From NCBI GenBank assembly GCA_009929175.1, contig SABC01000006.1, positions 1,655 to 65,654 of the forward strand: a stretch of DNA of 64,000 bases. The letters run 5' to 3'. Shown here one piece after another: positions 57,514 through 64,000 of this stretch. The position numbers and the translations under genes were made by a program. This DNA comes from Bacteroidia bacterium (GTDB taxonomy: Bacteria; Bacteroidota; Bacteroidia; Bacteroidales; UBA932). The notes under the pieces are model-generated. The model ran no database searches, was not told the origin of the DNA, and worked only from the letters and a program-made list of their open reading frames with translations. Within the stretch, counting starts at the first letter, position 1, and every line of letters starts with the position of its first letter.

Positions 57514-58784
57514 TGACCGGGGACGATTTTTTCAATTTGGAGGAGGAGAATTCAGATCTTATATCAAGATGTGAGGAGGCGTATGACGGAGGCACTTTGG
57601 ACGAAATGCGTTTTTCGGAGGAAGAGTTCGAATATCTGATTAACCATTTTGTCAACGAAATGGATGATGACCTGGTTTTTATCCTTACCCGTATGGGCTA
57701 TGAACAGCATCCTTATTCTACAGACCTTACTATCAGGTATTCTGATGTTTTGATTGTGAACGGGGAGTTGGAAAGAGCAGAGGATATCCTTTCCAACCGG
57801 ATTGCAGCAGATTCATCCAACAGCGACATCCATTTTTTGATGTCCCGGCTATATATCAAGAAAGAGGAGTTTGACAATGCTCATGGCTATCTGGAAAATG
57901 CAATGAGCCTTTCGGGGGGAGAGGGTATTTTGGATATGCTTTTGACGGCAGCCCAGGATTTCATTGACTGTTCCAGTTACGAAAACTCATTAAAACTGCT
58001 TTACAGGGCCCAGAAAGAGTCACCGGACAATCCTGAAATCATTAATGACTTGGCTTTTTGCTATGAACGTTTGGGAGATTTTGATAAAAGCTTGGTTTAT
58101 TACCAAAAGTATCTGGACTTGGATCCCTTTAACGACAACGTATGGTTTAATGTGGGTACCATTTATGCCAGGGAGCTAAAGGTTCCTCTTGCTACAGAGG
58201 CGTTTGATTACGCCATTGCATTGAATCCGCAAAACTCATCTGTTTTGTTCAATAAGGCAATACTGCTGTTAAACAGTGATATGCATGAAGAGGGTATTGC
58301 CACGTTCAAGGAGTTCTTACTCTTGGAGCCTGGGAACGTTACTGCACTTTTGGCGATGGGAGAGTCGTACCTTACAAGGGATGAATTAAGTAAAGCACTG
58401 GATATATACACAGAGGTAATCCTCCATGACCCATCAAACATTGATGCCCATACCGGTCTATCTTATGTGTTCATGAGAACCCGTGATTACTACATGGCCA
58501 GGACTTCCCTGAGGGTTGTGATGGGGAATGTATTTGCAGATTATTCCCTCATAAGTGATAGCCTAAAGGAAAGCTTTTATGCAACAAACGATCCCGAGTT
58601 TTTGACTTATTACATTATCTCACTCTATTACCTTAAAAGGTTTGATATCTTTTACCACTACATTGAGGAGTTGGTTTATTACGACAAACTTTGGTTGGTA
58701 AAATTGGTGGAGATGGTTCCCTCTATTAAAAAAGACAAATTGGTTACGGGACATATCAAGAAAAAAGGAAAGAAATATAACTGA
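57513..58784 (+). CDS. Tetratricopeptide repeat protein
   Basis: Multiple TPRs (LAFCY...YQKYLDLDPF...WFNVG...AFDYAIA). Confidence 0.85.
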   Translation: MTGDDFFNLEEENSDLISRCEEAYDGGTLDEMRFSEEEFEYLINHFVNEMDDDLVFILTRMGYEQHPYSTDLTIRYSDVLIVNGELERAEDILSNRIAADSSNSDIHFLMSRLYIKKEEFDNAHGYLENAMSLSGGEGILDMLLTAAQDFIDCSSYENSLKLLYRAQKESPDNPEIINDLAFCYERLGDFDKSLVYYQKYLDLDPFNDNVWFNVGTIYARELKVPLATEAFDYAIALNPQNSSVLFNKAILLLNSDMHEEGIATFKEFLLLEPGNVTALLAMGESYLTRDELSKALDIYTEVILHDPSNIDAHTGLSYVFMRTRDYYMARTSLRVVMGNVFADYSLISDSLKESFYATNDPEFLTYYIISLYYLKRFDIFYHYIEELVYYDKLWLVKLVEMVPSIKKDKLVTGHIKKKGKKYN

Positions 58785-58792
58785 CATCTATT

Positions 58793-59692
58793 ATGCTTAA
58801 ATATCTGCTTACCTTTATCAAAGGGATAGGAATGGGTGCTGCTGATGTAGTACCCGGTGTTTCGGGTGGTACTATAGCTTTTATGACCGGAATATACGAA
58901 GAGTTGATAGACTCCCTTCGTTCAATAGACCATGCTGCAATTTCCCTTTTATTAAAAGGGAAGGTAAATGAATTCTGGCTAAAGATAAACGGTAAGTTCC
59001 TGTTGACTTTGTTTTCCGGAATACTGTTGAGTATCTTTACGTTGGCAAGGTTAATGGGGTATTTGCTTATACACCATCCTGTTCCGCTATGGTCCTTTTT
59101 CTTTGGACTGATCATAGCATCTGCAATATTTATTTTGAAGCACATAGATAAATGGAGAATTCCATATGTTTTAGCATTGGTGGCAGGAATAGCTATAGCC
59201 GCATGGATATCACTTGTCTCCCCCGGAGAGACCACCGAAGAGCTGTGGTTTGTGTTTGTAAGTGGTATGATAGCAATATGTGCAATGATCCTTCCCGGTA
59301 TATCGGGTAGCTTTATTTTGTTGCTGATGGGTAAATATGCCTTTATGATGACAGCAATAAAAGATTTCAATATTGCTGTCATTGTTGTATTTGCATTAGG
59401 AGCAGGTTTAGGTTTGATCTCATTTTCTCATTTTCTGGGATGGCTTCTCAAACGGTATTACAAAACCACGATAGCATTATTATCGGGTTTCATGGCAGGA
59501 TCATTAGTTAAAGTGTGGCCATGGAAAAAACCATCTGGGTTGGCCGAGGGGATTGACTTTCCCGCAATGCCCTCATACTATGAACAAATAACAGGTAATG
59601 ACCCACAGCTGTTTTTGGCTGTCCTGTTCTTGCTTATAGGTGTCCTTTTGGTCTGGGGGCTGGAAATTGCAGCCAAAAAGATGAATAAATAA
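58793..59692 (+). CDS. DUF368 family membrane protein (undecaprenyl-phosphate translocase family)
   Basis: GMGAADVVPGVSGGTIA, MILPGISGS and GFM.GSL..VWPW. Confidence 0.9.
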   Translation: MLKYLLTFIKGIGMGAADVVPGVSGGTIAFMTGIYEELIDSLRSIDHAAISLLLKGKVNEFWLKINGKFLLTLFSGILLSIFTLARLMGYLLIHHPVPLWSFFFGLIIASAIFILKHIDKWRIPYVLALVAGIAIAAWISLVSPGETTEELWFVFVSGMIAICAMILPGISGSFILLLMGKYAFMMTAIKDFNIAVIVVFALGAGLGLISFSHFLGWLLKRYYKTTIALLSGFMAGSLVKVWPWKKPSGLAEGIDFPAMPSYYEQITGNDPQLFLAVLFLLIGVLLVWGLEIAAKKMNK

Positions 59693-59702
59693 AAAAATAT
59701 CG

Positions 59703-59710
59703 TATCTTTG
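59703..59710 (+). promoter_or_regulatory. -7 promoter box for tRNA-Arg
   Basis: TATCTTTG 23 nt upstream of the tRNA. Confidence 0.7.
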
Positions 59711-59733
59711 CACTCCTTTAAAAAACAGAACGG

Positions 59734-59807
59734 GGTTCGGTAGCTCAGTTGGATAGAGCAACAGCCTTCTAAGCTGTGGGTCTTGGGTTCGAATCCCAAC
59801 CGAATCA
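59734..59807 (+). tRNA. tRNA-Arg (anticodon TCT), CCA not encoded
   Basis: Acceptor GGTTCGG/CCGAATC, D arm GCTC/GAGC, anticodon arm ACAGC-CTTCTAA-GCTGT, T arm TTGGG-TTCGAAT-CCCAA, discriminator A. Confidence 0.97.
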
Positions 59808-59935
59808 CAAAGCAAAAAGATGTAAGCCGCAATTGGTGCGGCTTATTTAATTATGCGCTGACGGCTCAAGCTTGCTTGAAGCCGTAAAAGCGCATAATTA
59901 ATAGCTCCAAAGGAGCTTACATTTTTTTGCTTTGT
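59807..59935. repeat. 129-bp multi-hairpin palindromic element with 21-bp terminal inverted repeat
   Basis: ACAAAGCAAAAAGATGTAAGC (59807-59827) pairs with GCTTACATTTTTTTGCTTTGT (59915-59935) and encloses three hairpins. Confidence 0.85.
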
Positions 59936-60158
59936 TAGAGCCCCCTACCGCGGATCACCGAGCGATAGCGAGGTAATCCCAAGGTGGGCAGGGGGTTTAG
60001 CCCCTTACATTTTTTTGCTTTGTTAGAGCCCCCTACCGCGGATCACCGAGCGACAGCGAGGTAATCCCAAGGTGGGCAGGGGGCGAAGCCCCTTACATTT
60101 TTTTGCTTTGTTAGAGCCCCCTACCGCGGATCACCGAGCGACAGCGAGGTAATCCCAA
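59916..60158. repeat. 88-bp tandem direct repeat, about 2.8 copies, internally palindromic
   Basis: Units start at 59916, 60004 and 60092 (CTTACATTTTTTTGCTTTGTTAGAGCCCCCTACCGCGGATCACCGAGCGAYAGCGAGGTAATCCCAAGGTGGGCAGGGGG....GCCC); third copy ends at AATCCCAA. Confidence 0.95.
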
Positions 60159-60185
60159 TTTTTTCCATTTTACAAAGCAACAGCA

Positions 60186-63100
60186 TTATTTGCCGGGAAT
60201 AGAGAAATAGAACGAAGAGCCCTTACCCAATTCACTCTCAACCCATAGTTTTCCCCCGTGAAGTTCCACAAACTCTTTGCAGAGTATGAGTCCTAATCCG
60301 GTACTGGGTTCCCCCGCTGTGCCGTTTCTTTTGGATACTGTATTCATTGAGAATAGGTTGTCAAGCACTTCCGGGCTCATCCCAACACCAGAATCCAAAA
60401 TATTCAAGGTTAATGTCCCGTTACTGTCATAGTTGCTCGAAATAGTAACGACACCTCCTGCCGATGTGAATTTGATTGCATTCGAAATAAGGTTCCGCAA
60501 AATAGTAAGGAACATGTTCTTGTCGGCACGTACCCTGGAATTTTGATGTATATCGTAAATTACGCTGATCTCTTTTTTCTCGGCAGATATCTTGAGAGTA
60601 TTCATACTTTCCATAACCAGGTCCAGCAAATCAAGTTCTTCGGGAACAAATGTAATTGTTGAATTTTTCATTCGGGACCACTGCAGCAGATTCTCCAAAA
60701 GGGTATACAGGTTGGAAGCCGAATCCCTCATGGTTTCTGCAATGGTTCTTATCTCAGGTTTTGATAGCGAATCGATGTCCTCTGCCATAACCTGGGACAA
60801 CCCTAAAAACCCATTGAACGGACCTTTAAGGTCATGGGCTATGATTGAAAAGAACTTGTCTTTTTCCTGGTTGGTAAGTTCGAGTTCCAAGTTTTTTGTG
60901 GTAAGCTCGGAGGTTTGTTCGGCTACCATTTTTTCCAGCAGATGCTTTTCGTTCCTGAGGAACTTTTCCCGTTGTAAAATATAAAGATAAACCGACAATA
61001 CAACAAGAATAATGATAGCTATAAAGAAAATTGTGGTGTTGTACCATGGTGGTTTTATTTCAAACTGGAAAACCTCGGTGTTGCTCCAAAGGCCATCATT
61101 ATTGATAGCTTTTATGTTAAAGCTGTATTTGCCGGGTGCCAAGTTTCCATATGTGATCTCCGTGCGATTTGTAGGCGTATTCCAGGTTTTTTCCAATCCA
61201 CCAAGATAATACTGGTACCGCACACGGCTGTTGTGTTGGTGGGTGATTGTAGAAAAGTCAAAAGTAACGTAATTGTTCCTGTGGGAAAGCTTGAGTCCGG
61301 TAGGCAACCCGTTCCATGGCGTTATACCGGAAAACCGGAAGTTCTTCAACAATATGCCGTTTGCAAGGAATACAGCAGTATCCTTTGACTCAAACAACAT
61401 TGACCATGGCACTTTTGCATGGTTTAGCCTTAAATCGGTTATCTGTAGGGTTGGCTTGCCGAGTTTTTTATCGGAAAGGTCCATTGATGCTTTTGTCAGC
61501 CTGTCCGAGGCTCCAATCCAGACATTCCCTTTGGAATCGGTATGTATTGCTCCCATATTGCAGCTGATACCGGTAAATCCCTCTTCAAAACCATAACTGT
61601 TGAAAACGGGGGTAAACAATGAGTCCGTTAGCAATGCTACCTGTTTGGCATCCAGTATGTTTATCCCGTCCCTTGTCCCTATCCACAGATTATTCCTAAG
61701 GTCAAACGCCAGGGACATCACATAATCGTTGTTGAGTCCTTGTTTAGTGTCAAAAAAAGTGAACTGCTCACCATCAAACCTTACCAGTCCCTCTCCACCT
61801 GTTCCGAACCACATGGCCCCCAAAGAGTCCTCGGCAATGCTGTAAATAATGCTGGCAGGGAAACCACTTTTTGGGTCATAATACTTAAAGGTACCATCGG
61901 AAAACTTGATCAAACCCTCTCCGTCTGTTCCGATCCACATATTGTCACTTTTGTCCCTGTGCAGATTAAGAAGGTTAACGGTACTCAATCCTGATTTGGT
62001 GCCGTAGTTGGTAAATGTTACACCATCAAATACAGAGAGACCACCACCGTATGTGGCAACCCATAAACGACCATACCGGTCCTTTTCAATATCCCTTACA
62101 GCATTGAAAGCAAGTCCTTTGTTGAAAGTGTAATTATAGGATAAATTGTCTTTTATGCGGGTTATCCCACTACCATCACTTCCCAGCCACATGGTTCCTG
62201 AAGAATCCGGCAGAATGGAATAGATTCTGCTGCCTTCAATGCCTTGGAAATGGGTAAGTTGGGCAAAAGAGGCATTTGCCGGGCTTAATCCTTCTGACAT
62301 TATTGTGATGTAACTCCCGAAAGTCCCAAACCATATCCTTCCCGATTCATCTTCATTTATGGACATTACCCTGGATGAGCTGAGTCCTTCGCCATTTGAA
62401 TAATGAAGGAACTGGCCTCCTCCATACCTGCCCAAACCGGCACCTCTTGTCCCAATCCAGATTGTACCGTCAGAATCTTCAGTGATTACCCTTGTGTAGT
62501 CCGCAGAGAGCCCCTCATCCCTTCCAAATCGGGTGAATGATTTTCCGTCAAAATATGATACTCCGTTAGCCGAAGCTGTAAACCAAATATTACCTTTATG
62601 ATCTTCGTAGATGTGTCTAAGTGTGTTATCATGCAAACCATTTTTTTCGCTGTAATGGAGAAAATAACCATCTTCCATAACAACAGCACCCCTGTTAGTG
62701 GTTCCGACCCAGATTCTCCCTTGCCTGTCTTCCATTAGGGATGTAAGGTACTTTTCGGGAAGGCCGTTGGTTTCGTCGTAATTTATGAAGGAATTGCCGT
62801 CGAACCTGGAGAGTCCGTTGCCATAAGTGGCAATCCAGTTATACCCATTGCTGTCATGAAGTATGTAGCGGGTATCGTTTCCGGCAAGGCCGTTTAGGGT
62901 TGAATATGTTGTGAAGGAGGTGCCGTCAAACATTGCTATGCCGTTACCTGTTGCAAACCATATGTTTCCGTTGTTGTCTTCGGAAATATGGTTGACCACA
63001 TTATCGGGCAAACCATCATTCGTGGTGAAGATATCCAGGCTAATACCGTTGAAGCGAGTCACACCACCACGGAAAGAACCAAACCAAATGTTGTGGTTGC

Positions 63101-63725
63101 TGTCTTCCAAAAGGGATAAGATCAGGTTGTTGTTCAAGCCCTGTTCCTTTGTATAGTGGTAGAAATTCCTCCCGTCATACCTTGATAGTCCGTCATCTGT
63201 ACCAAGCCAGAGATTCCCCTTGTGGTCCTGTATCAATGCCCTGATCTGGTTATGCCTCAATCCCTGCAAAACGCCATAAAAAGAGAAATTATATGGGTTT
63301 TTCTCAGGAATGAAAGGGTTTTTTGTCTTTACTATCTCAGGTGAGCCACATAACAGACTGTTGTGAGTTTGGGCCAATGGAGTTATTATAGGTGCTGTTT
63401 CCATAAAAACCGTATCTGCACCCAGGATAACCAAAGTGTCAGGAATAACTGATGAGTTTTTTATGTTTCCAAACTCGGTCCATGATAGGGCAGGGAGTGG
63501 TGAAATAACCGGCAGGCCGGCAGGTAGAATTGACGGATGGTCAAGCAATGCAGTATCCGGAATATGGTCCTCTGCCGTGATTACAAGCGGGAGGTTAATG
63601 CCGGAGTAACTTTGTTCAGTTTCCCTGTGACATGAACCTATAGACAACATGATAGCAGCCGTCAAAAAAAAAGTATAACCTATGATTGATCCAATGGAGC
63701 GGTTTAAGAAATATTTTCTGTCCAT
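60186..63725 (-). CDS. Sensor histidine kinase with beta-propeller (Reg_prop) repeats and Y_Y_Y domain, no receiver
   Basis: Repeated GL..N.I..I.ED..G.IW.GT...G blades; YQYYL.G...W...Y.NL.PG.Y.F.IKA.N.DG.W; PPWY + TM; [10 protein letters not shown] (HisKA); [15 protein letters not shown] and GLGL (HATPase). Confidence 0.92.
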   Translation of the reverse strand: MDRKYFLNRSIGSIIGYTFFLTAAIMLSIGSCHRETEQSYSGINLPLVITAEDHIPDTALLDHPSILPAGLPVISPLPALSWTEFGNIKNSSVIPDTLVILGADTVFMETAPIITPLAQTHNSLLCGSPEIVKTKNPFIPEKNPYNFSFYGVLQGLRHNQIRALIQDHKGNLWLGTDDGLSRYDGRNFYHYTKEQGLNNNLILSLLEDSNHNIWFGSFRGGVTRFNGISLDIFTTNDGLPDNVVNHISEDNNGNIWFATGNGIAMFDGTSFTTYSTLNGLAGNDTRYILHDSNGYNWIATYGNGLSRFDGNSFINYDETNGLPEKYLTSLMEDRQGRIWVGTTNRGAVVMEDGYFLHYSEKNGLHDNTLRHIYEDHKGNIWFTASANGVSYFDGKSFTRFGRDEGLSADYTRVITEDSDGTIWIGTRGAGLGRYGGGQFLHYSNGEGLSSSRVMSINEDESGRIWFGTFGSYITIMSEGLSPANASFAQLTHFQGIEGSRIYSILPDSSGTMWLGSDGSGITRIKDNLSYNYTFNKGLAFNAVRDIEKDRYGRLWVATYGGGLSVFDGVTFTNYGTKSGLSTVNLLNLHRDKSDNMWIGTDGEGLIKFSDGTFKYYDPKSGFPASIIYSIAEDSLGAMWFGTGGEGLVRFDGEQFTFFDTKQGLNNDYVMSLAFDLRNNLWIGTRDGINILDAKQVALLTDSLFTPVFNSYGFEEGFTGISCNMGAIHTDSKGNVWIGASDRLTKASMDLSDKKLGKPTLQITDLRLNHAKVPWSMLFESKDTAVFLANGILLKNFRFSGITPWNGLPTGLKLSHRNNYVTFDFSTITHQHNSRVRYQYYLGGLEKTWNTPTNRTEITYGNLAPGKYSFNIKAINNDGLWSNTEVFQFEIKPPWYNTTIFFIAIIILVVLSVYLYILQREKFLRNEKHLLEKMVAEQTSELTTKNLELELTNQEKDKFFSIIAHDLKGPFNGFLGLSQVMAEDIDSLSKPEIRTIAETMRDSASNLYTLLENLLQWSRMKNSTITFVPEELDLLDLVMESMNTLKISAEKKEISVIYDIHQNSRVRADKNMFLTILRNLISNAIKFTSAGGVVTISSNYDSNGTLTLNILDSGVGMSPEVLDNLFSMNTVSKRNGTAGEPSTGLGLILCKEFVELHGGKLWVESELGKGSSFYFSIPGK

Positions 63726-63829
63726 ACTGGCGGTTTACACTATTATATTTTAAGGCAATATACGAAAAAAAAATGGCATGTATGGCAAAAAAGAGATATC
63801 TTGCAGGCTATTTTTTTAAAACCAGGGTT

Positions 63830-64000
63830 ATGATTTCGGTAGAGGGATTGAGTGTAGAATTTGGCGGAACCAAACTATTTGATAATATTTCGTTTGCAAT
63901 CAATGAAAAAGACAAGATTGCATTGATGGGAAAAAACGGGGCAGGAAAATCAACATTGCTCAAGATTATAGCTGGCGCAAAAACTCCGTCAAAAGGGGTG
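63830..64000 (+). CDS. ABC-F family ATP-binding protein, 5' part only
   Basis: Manual translation [49 protein letters not shown]; runs off the window. Confidence 0.82.
   Translation, partial: MISVEGLSVEFGGTKLFDNISFAINEKDKIALMGKNGAGKSTLLKIIAGAKTPSKGV

Noticed and set aside
59573-59832. Two short minus-strand ORFs over the tRNA
   Set aside because: They are antisense translations of tRNA-Arg and the DUF368 3' end.
59916-60158. CRISPR array interpretation of the tandem repeats
   Set aside because: Units are 88 bp and nearly identical end to end, with no unique spacers and no cas genes in the window.
63774-63787. TGGCA-TGTA-TGGCA repeat between the kinase and ABC-F genes as another sigma54-like site
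   Set aside because: No TTG at the spacing seen for lon and clpB; too short to support.
1-64000. Transposase, integrase, prophage, defence system, selenoprotein or programmed frameshift
   Set aside because: No supporting ORFs, in-frame stops or split reading frames were seen; nearly all DNA is accounted for by intact genes.

Overview
A gene-dense core-chromosome segment of an anaerobic Bacteroidales bacterium. The taxon is inferred from many TAnnTTTG -7 promoter boxes, A-rich translation starts without Shine-Dalgarno motifs, and Bacteroidetes-type gene families. In order, the window holds: a Na+-pumping methylmalonyl-CoA decarboxylase operon (mce-mmdA-oadG/mmdD-mmdC-mmdB, cut by the window edge); yebC and a TPR protein; recF-DUF721-pdxB-DUF4301; a SpeY/deoxyhypusine-synthase-like gene; lysA-TetR-ffh-folD; a YtrA/GntR ABC operon with two TonB-like outer-membrane barrels; an M28 peptidase and an unannotated membrane protein; DUF4492-cydAB divergent from DUF362 and a polyferredoxin; trmD; DUF349-yidC-yggS; ung; lon; an Omp85-like protein; HU, a 30-aa bS22-like ribosomal protein missed by the ORF track, and RNase E/G; a methyltransferase; MATE; pgm; GH3; pssA; two C1B peptidases; queE; a ClpB without its N-domain; an acyl-CoA synthetase; DUF6913-TPR-DUF368; tRNA-Arg(TCT); an orphan propeller histidine kinase; and the start of an ABC-F gene. 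I found no transposase, integrase, phage gene or CRISPR array. The least explained DNA is the ~370 bp after tRNA-Arg: a four-way-junction palindrome plus a 2.8-copy 88-bp structured repeat carrying tRNA 3'-end fragments. Other candidates are a CcmC/CcsA-like (WWD-like) membrane protein beside cydAB, a shared sigma54-like motif upstream of lon and clpB, and a degenerate beta-lactamase-fold domain on the GH3. All family calls come from motif recognition by eye; no database searches were run.
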